Source: Antedon mediterranea
Taxonomy: Eukaryota; Animalia; Echinodermata
Length of the DNA stretch: 64,000 nucleotides
Assembly (NCBI RefSeq): GCF_964355755.1
Contig: NC_092675.1
Coordinates: 23,222,912-23,286,911 of the forward strand
Direction: 5' to 3'
Shown here: one piece after another, positions 37,901-51,272 of the stretch
How the letters are laid out: every line of letters begins with the position of its first letter
Numbering within the stretch: the first letter of the stretch is position 1
Notes under the pieces: model-generated
What the model was told of the DNA's origin: nothing
The model's input: the letters and a program-made list of their open reading frames with translations, nothing else
The model's database searches: none
Program-made: the position numbers and the translations under genes

Positions 37901-38890
37901 GTTAGTGAACTCTTGCATTGAATGATTGATCGTGGCGCAGACTGGAGTTGAAAGGACCCAGACAAGTCGTTGAATTTCTGTTAATCCTCGCCCTCTTGTT
38001 AGACCTCCTCTTGTTTTTATGCTACCGTACGCATAAGACACTGTTCTGTGGCAAGATCAGTTGATATTCCAGCCCAACGTCTGTCAGATCGCCGCACTTA
38101 TTATTTGGTCAAATTTAAAATGTTATACTCGAGACTCGAGATTTATTCATGACACGACTAGAAAATGTTAACGGTCAAAATAATGATTTTCGTTTATATT
38201 GTACATTTGCATTTGTTTTCATTAGAGTAAATATAAACAAATATACTGGAATAATAGGTCAAAGGTCAAAAACATAGTTTCTATCCATTTTTTAAAAAAC
38301 GTTTTCATTATAGTGAATATAAATATGAGTCTTCTGAATCTTTTGACACAAAATTGACGAAGTTGTGCTTAGTGGTTACTGAGATATAACAAATGTATTT
38401 ACTGAGAACTCTAAAATAATGAATATGTGTCAAAGGTCAAAATAAGTCATTTTACACGAATCTTTTCCATTAGAACTAATATAAACATTGACCTTCTGAG
38501 TAGTTTGACGCAAATAACGCTCATCTACGCCCACTGGTTACTAAGATACGAATATACGAAAATATACAATAAAATAGGTCAAAGGTCAAAAACATGCTTT
38601 CCCGTAATTTTTGGCAAAAAGGTTTCATTAGAGTACATATAAATATGGGTCTTCTGAATAGTTTGACACCAAAATTAACATGCTACGCCTAGTAGTTTTC
38701 AAAATAGAAAAATGTGTAATTTGACCCCTATGACCTTAAAACCCCTTAAAAAGTATGTTCCACTGAACCGATTTTGGTAGATTTTGGAAATGATCTTCCC
38801 AGATGCTTATAGAATCAAATAAAAAAGGTTTGGAAACTATTGAAATTTGTTTTGGGTTACGCCCTTTTTTGTCATAGATTGACTGGACTA
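34965..38890 (-). mobile_element. Academ DNA transposon (deletion derivative) with XPG/PIN-like and Cys-rich C-terminal domain remnants
   Basis: Termini tagtccagtcaatcta / tagattgactggacta; 3-bp TSD AAC; long subterminal inverted arms. Confidence 0.85.
36106..38095 (-). pseudogene. Frameshifted Academ protein C-terminal part
   Basis: Motifs GGLTRGRG, VLDGGALLH, FDGY, HAEADAD, IADDTDILVLL, HAFLGCDTTS, LPPT..AAKYHSLRVYQQV and CKCKTGC..CSC..C..ACSEC, spread across ORFs 37115-38041, 36618-37043 and 36106-36612. Confidence 0.8.
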
Positions 38891-39704
38891 AACACCGGAC
38901 ATACTGTACAAGAATTACCTAATTTCTGATTTATTCCAAAGATCTAAAAAACCATGATTTGTTGGAATTCAATGTCGTGTGTCAGTATGCATGTTTAATT
39001 TAAGTAGAGGCTGAACAAACAGTGGCTTATATACAATGGTGTGTGCGCTTTTGTATTTTGTATGCAATAATAAATAATATATACAGACAGTAATAATAAA
39101 AATGCATTTTTGGTGTATTATAAAAATATTGTTTCTTCAACAAATACTAAATGTATTTGCCGTATTTCTGCTTTAAATAAAGCAGAAAGTACTTTATTTA
39201 CTTCGTAATTGTTAAATAGGTTCAAAGAAAAAGACCATGCATAACATGAATATAAAATTTTGTTAAGACTTGAAGTAGGCTTTACTTGTAAAGAGTCTTT
39301 ATTAATGGACCATTGCAATACTGCAGTCGAACCTACTGCGGTATAGCAATGGTCTATAATAAAGAATACTTGTTACATCACAAGTTATAGTCAGTGAAGT
39401 GCTAATACCGTGTATAGACTGCTTATAGCGAATAAAATAGCATCTCAATGTTTAATTTTCACGACGCTTTTGTGGATATGCGCCAATTGTTTTACGTGAT
39501 ATGCGTGCATAGCTGTATGGTGCGTCATGAAGACGAAAAGTCGCTAATGAACTAAAGCCGGAGCAGGTGTAAAATACAACGTTGAATAAATAATTGTTTA
39601 TATTTAAATGATGCACATTCATGAACCTTGTTTTTCGCATAAACTGCACCAGGATTAAATTGGAATTGAGCTCCACAAAATAATTTGTATTGGAAGCCAT
39701 AAAA

Positions 39705-42216
39705 TTATTGATTTTTGAGAAATTCTGTTAGTGCATGTCTTGTTTTTGAGGCTTCAGGAAGTGGACATTCACAATGTTCATTCCTTGATGTACTGTTGTC
39801 AATACCAGAAAGCCATGCTGGTTGAAACGGATCACCATTACTCTCGCATATATTATGCAAAGTACAACATGCATGTACAAGTGAATTAATAGAATTTAAT
39901 TGGTTGTGATTGGTTTTGTTTAAAATCTGCCATCGACCTTTTAATCTTCCAAAAACACTTTGAATATTTGCATGAGTTGAAGACAATTGCAAGTTGAAAT
40001 GTTTTTGATCTTCTGTCATTTGCTCATCATCAGAGTAACATTTCATAAGATTAGGAAGTAAAGGATACGCAGAAGTTCCAAAAAGTAATAATGGAACCGT
40101 TTCTCCTTCAATTAACTGTGTTGGATTTGGATTGAACAGTGTTCCTCTACTTAAGCTTCTATGTAGGGACGACAGTGAAAATACATTAGCTTCCAGTAAA
40201 GATCCTGGCTGGCCTACATCTGTATCAATGAACATTCCACGATGATCTACCACAGCTTGGAGTACAACGGAGTGAAATTCATTCTGATTCAAGTAGTCTT
40301 CCAATGAGTCCTTGGGAGTCTTAATTGAAATATGGGTACAGTCAACAAGTCCTGCTACTTGCGGAAACCCACATTTAGTGTTGAATTCGTCCACAGTATT
40401 CTGGAAAATATAAAACTAGTTAGAGACAATTCTGTTAAAAGTAAAACTCTTGCTTAGCTGGAGATTGAATCTTATAAGACTGATGTAAGACATTTTCAGT
40501 GTTAAGAATACAAACCTATTTTTATCTAACCAACCACCAACCTTAGCCCCACCATTCTTGAGCTTGGATAAAACACCTGTTCCGGCACGGTTCCGGTCTG
40601 GTGCTGGCAAATCAAATCGAACGTCACATGGCTATGCGCTTAACGATTGGTGCATAGCCACGTGGAGCGTCTTGAAAACGAATTGATGTTCGATTCGTCG
40701 GACCGGAACCGTGCCGTAACAGGTGTGAAAGACCCTTAAGACATGACCTCCTCAGACAAATGCTCAACAATATACAATTATTTTGTATGGCTATGGTTCT
40801 TATGTTTGTTTTGTCTGTAATAAAGGTATACTGTACATTTCCATACCAAAATATTTGAAACCAAAATAAGGGGTATCTCACATCTCACATGCCTACTGTA
40901 TATTTTAGTCTATCATGCTATCTATACTAATACAGTAATAGAGAGGTAGGAACGTCTCCTGGGTATATTTTTTTAGTTCAAATCATGCTCCTAATATAGA
41001 GAGGTGGGAATAATACTTACAAGTAGTTCCCTATTTTCTGGAAATCGAATAATTTTTGGCATCAAATGCTTTTCTATTGCTCGGCATGTTTCATGCACTA
41101 TGCAACAAACAGTTGAACGTCCAACTCCAAATAGTTTTGAAAGGCTCATATACTCAATGTTTGTTGCCAGCCGCCATAACGTAATAGCTAACCTGTGCTC
41201 TACAGTGATTGGTGTTCTCATGCTGGTGACTTCTTTCTCAATAAATGGCCGTAACTGTTCCGCAACAGCCATAAAGGTCGCTCTAGTCATTCTGCAAATA
41301 AAACAAATATCCATTTTGTTATTTAACGTTTATCAAACTGAACAATAGATAGTCATTAGATTGGTGTACCCTAAAAGCAAATTCAACATTATTAATTTAT
41401 TAAATCTTTAACAAAATACTTTTGCAGACCTCCCAACTGAAAACTGAAATATTGGGAGGCACCCTCTATATCCAAATTATAGAGGATGCTATAACAATTT
41501 GAAAAATAAATCAAACCATAGAGGGCACTATTCAGAATAGGAAGATCAGATTATAACCGGGGCATTTATTCTAGGTTGTGTGGGGGGTTTCAGGGGGTAG
41601 TTTAACCAAAATGGTATTCTATTGGGGGCCGGGGAGGGGGGCGTTTATTCAAATAAATAGTCATAAAGTTCAAATGAAATTTTATTTTAGTTGAAAAAGA
41701 CTCAATTTTGTTTGGCTTTTACAGCAAGTTATTTGGTCCGATTGAGAAAACTATGTCTCGGGTCCTTTATTTTTTTCCATGGTGGCGTTCCATACATTTT
41801 GAGCAACTACTAGACTAGTATAAAAGCATGCAGTAAATGTATCAACAATAATGACATTTGACATAACATTCGGCTAGCATTCTATACCTAAAATTCGTCA
41901 ACCAAAATTCATCATTCCATTCTTTTAAAACCATATTTTCCCACCAATCGCGATTTCTTGGTAGAGCCCAACAGCTTCTCTCTTTGTTTCCATAATCTAA
42001 GCCTCTAGCGGCCTGCAGCAATATGCCCATTGACAGGACTGACTCTCGACGGTAGTGGAGGTATCGCCACAGCCGCTGTCTGCGCTCCGATTCCTGTCTT
42101 GCAACACGCCTATGATAAATTTCTATAAACTCGCTTGCAATGGTTAACAGATAATCCGTATCAGCTACTTTGTCTTCAAAAATGTATTTTGCTAATAAAC
42201 TATTCATATTTTCCAT
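39705..42216 (-). CDS. Harbinger transposase-derived protein (HARBI1/ALP1-like), 3 exons, about 431 aa
   Basis: Exons 41888-42216, 41021-41291 and 39705-40400 join in frame (1296 nt). Motifs WLTNFRMTRATF, HTH LAITLWRLAT..LFGVGRST, GFPQVAGLVDCTHI, FGRLKGRW and ACCTLHNIC. Confidence 0.9.
40573..40738. mobile_element. Palindromic MITE remnant in an intron of the Harbinger-derived gene
   Basis: Inverted pair acacctgttccggcacggttccggtc / gaccggaaccgtgccgtaacaggtgt. Confidence 0.6.
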
Positions 42217-43476
42217 CGAAAGAAAAGCGTACAATAAAAAACAAAAACAAATGTGACCTAACCAGGGAGTTGTTCTAAGTAATAACAACTCCCTGATCAA
42301 AGGACTGTTACTCGTTTCTCACACTTGGCAAGGCAAGCTCAGTATGGTATCGCATCGCAAGTACTTTGATCAAAGAATATATATCACAAGAATGAGTAAT
42401 CCGCGATTTTCCCTGTAACAGTAATATTGTCCATGTGGTAGGGCGCCGCCATAAGTGTGGATGTATCTGGGATGTATACAACTTTTTGTGACGGTTTCAC
42501 TAATCAAGGGCTGGACCACCGGTAGTATTTTCATGATAAAAAATGTTATAAACTACATGCCAACATCATGTTAAATACTATTTGGATATTTAATTGTTCG
42601 TTTTATGCAATTTATTTAGTAAAAGCTGCCGTATAAACTGTTTGCTTTATCAACCGGGCGCTACGATAGCGTGACCGGGCGTGTTGGTGTTTACGCGTCT
42701 TCACGAACGATAGTTTAATAATATTCCTATATTTAACTTGTTTCTGGTAAAACAAATAAATGTTAATGATATTTAACATTTTGTCCTATTAATAACATGT
42801 ATTTTATACTAATTTATATCATAAAAAAATACTTAATTTACCGGGCGTAGAGTAGTACACGGCAATGGTAAAGAATAGGCCGTGCTGAGTAATATTCGTT
42901 GATTTTTGGTGTGGCTGTGTTAGGCCTTTTTTGTGAACTAACTTAGCATGTTAGTAAATAATTGTCTGTAAAAGTGAATAAACACTAGTTTGTTAATAAA
43001 TATGTATTATAAAATAGTTTACAATTGCAAAATATATTATCATAATTCTATTTAATGTGACATGTATAATATCTATTAAATCAAGTCTTATTTAGTATGT
43101 ATACATCCGCCCTTATGAGGGCGGGCATCACTCTCTGGAGCTCAGTGTTACAAATTTCTCATGCAAAAATCGCGGAATACTCATTCTTGTGATATATATT
43201 CTTTGCTTTGATCATATTCGCGTCGTGATTAATGTATCATCCGAACTGTCGCATGTGATTGGTCAACTTACCTGCGTTTTTGCTTCGTCATTGCGCGTTG
43301 CGTCCAAGTGTGAACCAAGCTTTAATATAAAAAGGGAAGCAACATTGCGACAACGGTATAATCAGGAGTTCTCCCTGGTATAATCTCTGCTATTTACACG
43401 ACAGAACTGCTACTGCAGCAGCAAACGCTATTGCCACTGTGAATTGTTTAGCGTAACCAGTTACATTCATTGTGTT

Positions 43477-46400
43477 ATGTGGAAGGCTGGCTTCATAAGA
43501 AGAATTTGTATTCACTTGACGAAGGAGAAGATGAAGATCACACCAACGTTTGGAAAAGTATTTCGCGATTCGGAATATGCACTTGATCCAGATGTGACGT
43601 TTTGTAATAATGGGGCGTTTTCAGCTGTCCCAAAGCAAGTACTATTTTCACAGGCTAAGTAAGGACATTTGTATAATTTAAGTAAGGGTACAATTGACGG
43701 CGGAATAAACGGTATTATGGTAGGCCTACGGTCACTGCAATGCAAGACAATAAACAGTACTCTTTCAAGTTTGATCAATGTGCTTTGCTTTATTGCCGGT
43801 CCGCCAGATAGTCTGATGACTTTCCCGCCTCGACTGTGTTGCTTATATCTCGGATTGCTTTCCTCCAGTCCTGTCTGTTTTCTGCTATTCTCCGAATCGT
43901 TTCTATATCTTTTATACTATTGATCCTAGGAGGTAGTGCAGTTGATGATTGCTTAAGCGTGGTTCCCACTAGCGACGCAACACAAGGACGTAACGCAACG
44001 CAAGTGAATTGACCAATCACAAGCGATGGCTTATTCGCTTGTGATTGCTAACTGTCTATAACTTCGCTTGTCATTGGTTAAAACGCTTGCGTTGCGTTTA
44101 TGTCCTTGCGTTACGTTCTAGTGGGAACCAAGCTTTATGAAGGGTGATCATCAGGTTGTTATATAGAGTTACCGATAGTATGGATCGTGGTCGTCCTCTA
44201 TATTTTTGTTGCTTGCAGCTGATCAATGTAGTTGATAATTAAAATTGAGTTTTTATTCAGATTTAGGTATATGCAGGAAACGGACCCAGAAGCCTGGTTT
44301 CGCTATAAAGTTAAAGAAGCCATTTCTAATGCGACGGACAATGTTGCCGACATGTTTGGGTCAAATAAAGAAAACTTGGTTTTAGTAGAAAATGCAACTA
44401 CTGGTAAGACAACTAAACATTTTTTGAGAACAGCATTGGTGGCCCCAGTGGTTTTTCGAGAATGTTTTAAATTCTATATACTTTTTAGTTTGCTCAGAGG
44501 ATAGCCTATTTGAGGTTGAAGATCTTAAGTTTGGTTCCCACTAGAACGCAGCGACGTATCGACGCAACGTGTTGTATTGCGTAATGACAAATGGAAACCG
44601 ACGACGCAAAAGTGCTGCAAACATCACAGGTTTATTTTACCCAGGCAACAGGAGGGCAAACACTATTATTGGAAGGGCATTTTGTAAAGCTTGGTTCCCA
44701 CTAGAACGTAACGCAAAGACGTAAACGCAACGCAAGCGTTTTAACCAATGACAAGCGAAGTTATAGACAGTTAGCAATCACAAGCGAATAAGCCATCGCT
44801 TGTGATTGGTCAATTCACTTGTGTTGCGTTACGTCCTTGCGTTGCGTCGCTAGTGGGAACCACGCTTTACGTTGCGTGGGTTGCGTTAAGTTGCGTCGCT
44901 AGTGGGAATCAAGCTTTCGGTCTTGTTGCAAAATAAACACATGCTTTTATTCTTCTTATTCCATAGCTGCTAACACCATTTTGAAATCGCTAAGTTTCTC
45001 TGAAGGTGATAAGATACTGATAACCACACACACATTTATGTGTGTTAAAAATGCTGCCATGTTTATAGCTAATAATAATCCAGGTAAGAATAAACTTTTT
45101 TTTTAAATTAATTTATTAATTTTTTGTTAATTCTCATTTTAGGCAAATTGCCAAGGATAACCACAAGTGAATTCATTCACTATCCAGTGTACCACTCTGT
45201 ATGCATTGACCATATCTATCTAGCAGTATATACTAGCCCAAAACTAGAACTAAATTATTAGGCACATAAAGCTCTGTCTGATCTACACCATATTATGGTA
45301 GTGATATGCCCAAATATGGTAGTGATATGCCCAAATATAGTAGTAATATGCCCCTATCCATATAAATGGGCATATCACATTTATTGTCACATAATGTTTG
45401 ATAGTGTAGACAGAGCTTAATACTACTTATTACGCTTTTTGGTATCAAGCCTATCCATTGTCAATGATTGTTTAGGCGTTGAGGTAGTTGTCATGGCTAT
45501 TAATTTACCGATACTGAGTAAACAGCAATTGGTTGATAGTCTTCTAGAGATGCTCAATTGTCATCGTGGAATCAAACTCGCCATCCTAGACCACATCACT
45601 GGCCCGTCTGGCATTCTGTTTCCGATTGAAGACATGATACCACTATGTCATCAAAGAGGGGTAATGGTAATGGTAGATGGTGCGCATGCTCCTGGACAGG
45701 TAGAGCTTAATTTAGAAGAAATCGGAGCGGATTTCTACTTTGGTATGTTGAAAATCAGTGTAGTCCACACACCAGGTTTCAGTGACGCAATGTGCGCGTT
45801 CAAACATTGATGGCAATGCGACGGCATTTGTACGCGCGCGTAAACTTTCTGTTGACACTGTCTAAAACATTTCCGACATGTCCTGTGTTTTAAATGGTGT
45901 TCCATTGCCTAATATTTGCTATTTCCATATGTTTTATTCTTTCAGGAAATCTTCATAAATGGTGTTATTCAGCCCGTGGATGTTCCATCCTGTATGTTAA
46001 CCCTAAACATTCAGATAAAGTAAATCCATTAGTAACATCAAAGGTAGAATGTCCTCGATTACGTAACAGATTCCTGATGCAAGGAAGCAAGGATTACACC
46101 GCCCTCTGCTCATCGTCTGCGGCTGTAGAATTTCTTCAGGACATCGGAGGACTAGTGAGTATGAGTATAGGCCTAAGTTGTATATAGTTGGTTGCACAAT
46201 CGACGTCAAAGGATGTACGCGCCAATTTACACAGACGAGCGGTAACCGTAAGCGGAAAACTACGTTGCTTGTCCTACGTAGAATCTGTATGATTGTATCC
46301 TGAGCGGGAATCTCTCGTCCGCTCCGCGCTGTGTATAAGGAATAACATAGATTCTATATTGTTTATTTACCGTTACCGCTCGTCTGTGTAAACTGGCCTT

Positions 46401-46854
46401 ACTTCTTCGGCTTCTAAATCCGTCATTGTAGTGCAAACCACATCATTGCTCTTTCCTTGTCAAAATTCGAATAATAATTTTTGAAACATTATCATTTCCA
46501 ATGCTTTATTTTTAGTCTGCTGTAAAGAACTACAACGAGCCAATGTTGAAGTGGGCGACAGACATGCTCTGCAAAGCCTGGAATACCACCACAATTCCCA
46601 TTCACGACAGTTTAAAGGCACCGTTTATGATTCTGATAAAACTACCTGATATTGAAAACATTCCATTATTAACTCCAGATGGAAGTAAGGCAATAGCTCT
46701 GAGTGTATACCAAAAACACAAAGTGCACATAGCAGCAACCCGTGTGAACGGCCGCTTCTGGCTTCGACTCTCTGCTCACGTTTATAATACAAAAGATGAT
46801 TATTATAAATTAAGAGATGCGCTTATGGATATTTATCTACCTCAATTAAGTTAA
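43477..46854 (+). CDS. Aminotransferase class-V PLP enzyme (hercynylcysteine sulfoxide lyase Egt2 / L-cysteine desulfhydrase / isopenicillin-N-epimerase-like), about 418 aa
   Basis: Exons 43477-43658, 44261-44403, 44967-45083, 45476-45742, 45946-46154 and 46516-46854 join in frame (1257 nt). Motifs FCNNGAF, ENATT, LDHIT, VDGAHAPG, GNLHKW (PLP lysine) and RLSAHVYN. Confidence 0.92.
43790..43925 (-). mobile_element. RTE-like LINE 3' fragment
   Basis: Translates to IRRIAENRQDWRKAI, typical of an RTE C-terminus. Confidence 0.5.
43956..44134. mobile_element. PIF/Harbinger (Tourist-like) MITE
   Basis: TIR agcgtggttcccactag / ctagtgggaaccaagct; TTA TSD. Confidence 0.8.
44527..44915. mobile_element. 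Nested pair of same-family PIF MITEs (inner copy 44688-44866)
   Basis: Two ggttcccactag left ends and two ctagtgggaa right ends. The inner copy is the near-identical reverse complement of 43956-44134. Confidence 0.8.
45270..45417. mobile_element. Small MITE (agctctgtct...agacagagct)
   Basis: Inverted termini; related copy at about 34720-34838. Confidence 0.6.
46220..46398. mobile_element. Small PIF-like MITE
   Basis: Inverted pair gccaatttacacagacgagcggtaac / gttaccgctcgtctgtgtaaactggc. Confidence 0.65.
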
Positions 46855-49800
46855 TATATAAGTGCCCACTATTACATAGAATAATTTATATATTGCATTA
46901 ATGTTTTATTCTAAATTTATCTACCTAAATTAAGTGAATATTATTTTTTCCACAGTTATGAACTATTCTATAATTTTTTGAAATTTTAATTTAAAAACAA
47001 AAACAGTCAAAAACTCGATTAAAACGATTTTGGCTTCGAATTTCAAGCTGCTAAGAATATTTAAAAAATAATTATTTTATTATAAATTAATGGATTTCAT
47101 GATTTTGAATATTAGGCTAAATTACCTAAATTATAACCTTATGGCCGGTTATGAAATATTTTATAGTACTTTATAATTTGTAATTCATATAGTTGTTGTT
47201 AATAGGTGCCCACTTACTATTAAATAGAATAATTTATATAGGGCCTATTGTATTTTGAAATGTTTTATTCTAAATTTATCTACCTAAATTAATTAAATAG
47301 TATTTATGGTTCTCAGTTATGAAATATTTAATAATAATTTGAAATTTTAATTTTTTTTAAAACTGTTTCTGTTTCTGCCACTAAATTGAAATTGAGTTCC
47401 ATTTCATCGTATACCATCCGGACACGGAACTTGATAGGCTTAGTCATAAAGTAGTTACAGAGTTGCAGGGCATTTTATCATTGTTGAATGTTTTGATATT
47501 AGCCTAATTGTTAAAACGACCTTCACAACCAAAATATTTCTTTGTAATAAAATCTATTTTAAATGGAACGCTACAAAAATAATCCTCTGCTTTATCAGAG
47601 CATGCATACCTAATAACCAGACAAGAACGTGTCTTTATTACATTTTACTATCAATCTATTTTCAAGTCACGCAATCCATTTTCAACAATATAGTAGTATA
47701 ATAACATTTTGATTGAATAGTGAGGGATTAGTTACAGTTTGACTTTGAACAAACAATTGGTAATTTACTGAAAATCCAAAATGAACTTGTGTTATAATAC
47801 AAAAAAAATTATTCAATCAAAGAAACGCTCTACTACACATGAGAAATAGATGTCGGTCGATAAACTTCTGACGACGACTAAAACAACGACAATCAGCTAA
47901 ATGTTAGTAATTTTATTTCATCTCTGGCTTGTTACATTTTTCATGACACATTACCGGACTTCCCCCTCCTCTCGCAATGAACGACAGTACAGATCCTCCC
48001 TATCTAGGCTCGTGTATGTAGCATACTACTACGTTATTCACAAATTACGCACGCATAGCAGTGTTACTAGAACCATCACAGATTACCTCTAATGGATCAA
48101 TCATTCACACATGATTTAAAAAATTCATCGACAAACGAAATATAGCCTATATTCATTCCTTTTAAATATTAGGCATATTGCCAAGGCTAATAATCGATTT
48201 GTCCATAATTATTGCGTTTTGCCGGGGGTTTTCCATAATCTAAGGCCAATTTTTAGGCCAAATCATAATTGTGCGTATAGTGTTGTATTTCCGATGCGTG
48301 TAGTGTTGTATTTCCGATGCGTGTAGTACCCTATTTATTTTCATTTCCGTACGTTCGTCGTAAATAGGCCGAATTTCCGTAGTTATTTATAGACGTTCCA
48401 AAATTTGAACCGTGTTATACCGGTAACAGAGCAAAGTTTGCTTCTTTCTGCAAATTTCCTATCATTATTTTCTTTGTTTTATTTGGAGTGTGGTTTAAAA
48501 CAACACTTTTGTAAAGTTTATAGTGGATAAATGAAAATGAATTTTTGGAAAATGTGGTTTTAACATCTGACTTTATTTAGCATTTTTAAATGAATTAAAA
48601 TTCCAAATTATACAATTTAACCTTTTGCTCAATTTTTTTATAGCAACTGCTTCATATTTTTTGTACAACTTTTTAAAATTATTAATTGATAATTAATTTA
48701 CATTAATTGAGTACAGTTATTAGAATGTATTACCGTACCAAAAGTACCTTAATCGGAGACTTCCCCGCGACGTTTGCATTGAACTAAAAAAAATTATCAT
48801 AAATTTACGTGCGAGAGTACTATTTGCGGCCATCTAGGGGTGTCATTTAACAATTTGCTTGCTCAAATACTCAGTGTCTACAGCCCTGGAGTCTTTGGGC
48901 AACCCTCTTAAAATAGTCCTGCGACCGCCCCTGATAGCTCTATCTATATTTATTTACAGCAATTTGTTGAGGAAACTAAATATATCAATGTAAATAGGTG
49001 GTATTGATACAGTTGAGTAGGCCTACGTATCGGCTGGTGGTCTAGAAAAAAATAATCGAATGCCATAGGCCTAATATAAACTACAGTACATGATACCATA
49101 GATATTATAGTGTAATATATTAAATTCACTATAATCCTCTATGATGATGATACACTATACTTCATAGCCACACATAAATATTGTAGGTAACCGCAGCGTT
49201 CCATTTTTTGATGTACGTCGTCGGAAGGCTATATACTTTATGCATGCTTACTACCAGTGATCGAAACAATAGGTACGCGGTTGTCTACTAGCGGTGTTCT
49301 TTGTACGATTCGTTCGTGCCCAAGCTTGCGTCAATATCATGTTACATCCTGGGATCAAAAATTCGTATTATTTTTCAGGTGAAAATCGGCAACCAATTCA
49401 TTTGTTTAACAATAAGGTATGAGTTATTCACGAACGAGTTTACAAATTTTTCAATTTACAAACAACCTTTTGTATCGTGGGGCACGTATTTGGAGGATTT
49501 TCAGAGATGAGGGTGTGGTGAGGTATTGTGGATGTCGAGGATAGGGGTTCGCAGTCGGTTAAGGGGAGGGGGGGTCGCTGTAAAGGGGGTTCGCCCGAAC
49601 CATAAACCCCCCCCCCCCTGGCTAGGGGCCTGGGACTGGGCACGCGCAAACCCCAAAGCACGTGTGGGAGAACAAAGTATATGAGACGTACTGTAAATCT
49701 CCTAATTGTAACCCTGGGTTATTACTCTTTGATTGTTTGATCTGTTCAATTTATCTTTGCCAACAATCATAATCCTCTCCATGGTAAATATTTGGCCAAT

Positions 49801-49947
49801 GGAGACTGTACGTTTGTCGGCGGCTGGGAAAATTAAATAGGCTAGAATGTTTGTTACTGGAATGTTGGGGTATGTGGGTCACAACGGCCTTATGAAGTAG
49901 GCCTACGCTTCTATACCCGTTATATGTACAGTATATCTAGGTTAGGA

Positions 49948-51272
49948 CAGTGGTGGCGCCAGCGGGGGGGGGGCCTACGGGGGCTCTAGCCCCCTCGTCG
50001 GGGAGCCTAGCTCCCCCTCCCCCCCCCCCTTCGTTGGGGAACACGGATACTTTTTGTCGGGGAATATAATATACAGTAAAAAGCGTTCGCGTTCACTTCG
50101 TAGCTAGCTTCAGCGCCTAGAAAACCGCGACGTTTCATTGACCGTGAGAGTACGTCAGAGTGATAGTATGCACTTTATGATGCATTCATTATTGCCAGCG
50201 ATCTAACTTAATACTAAACAATAGTTAGGTTCGCACTTGTCTGGCGGTATCCCTTTGTACGAATCGTTCAACGTTGGGTCGAGACGCGTGATATCAAGTT
50301 CCATCCAGGGACCAAAATGTGTAATGTAGTTATTTTCCAGGCGAAGTTTACCGACGGTTACCGAAGGGAACACGGGTACTTTTTGTCGGGGAATATAGTA
50401 CAGTAAAAGCGTTCGCGTTCACTTCGTAGCAAGCTTCAGCGCCTAGAAAACCGTGACCTTTCATTGACTGTGAGAGTACCTCAGAGTGATATTATGCACT
50501 TTATATGCATCCATTATTGCCAGCAATCTAACTTACTACAAAACAATAGCTAGGTTCGCACTTGTCTGGCGGTATTCCTTTGTACGAATCGTTCAACGTT
50601 GGGTCGAGACGCGTGATATCATGTTCCATCCAGGGACCAAAAATGTGTACTGTAGTTATTTTCCAGGCGAAGTTTACTGACGGTTACGTCGTGTACTGCG
50701 TCGACGTACGCTACACTACAGCAAAAACGAATTATGTTAATTGTTCGTATGTTCACCAATTTTTTAATTTACAAGTAACCTTCTCTACCGTGGGGCACCT
50801 AAAATAAATTTTTCATCCATTAATAAAAAAAAAAAACATGCTATTTTCGCTTAGCCAACATCTTATTATAGCTAACAACCATGATAGGGACTTATATATT
50901 TTGTTTCATGTTTTGAAGTATAATACAGTAAGTCCAATTTCCGGGACCTCCAACTCTATTTTTCTAAATTTCTTTGAACTTTTATTTTTTAAATTGAAAA
51001 ATATGGATTGAAACAGTCATCGCGCATCGTTTTTTTGCACGCAGTATTTTATTTATGCATTATAAAAAATGGAAAAAATGGCTACCCTAAATCTGATTAA
51101 ATTGACCTCAAATGACGCTAGAACGCGTTGCTTCCGGGGGCTTGGCCCCCTGGGCCCCCACCGGCCCTTGCCGGCCCCCTGGCCCCCAGCCTAGTTATGC
51201 TCGCTTCGCTCGCATAGCCCCCTCGTCGGGGAATGTAGCCCCCGTGTCGGGAAGATCCTGGCACCACCCCTG
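49948..51272. mobile_element. Non-autonomous hAT element with an internal tandem duplication of about 325 bp
   Basis: TIR cagtggtggcgccag / ctggcaccacccctg; 8-bp TSD ggttagga; internal copies at about 50037-50361 and 50366-50687. Confidence 0.88.

Noticed and set aside
39300-42900. Autonomous Harbinger transposon around the transposase-like gene
   Set aside because: No matching TIRs, TSD or second Myb-type ORF found, and the catalytic residues are altered.
46830-47360. Repeated blocks after the aminotransferase stop codon
   Set aside because: Degenerate AT-rich 3' UTR duplication with no coding or structural signal.
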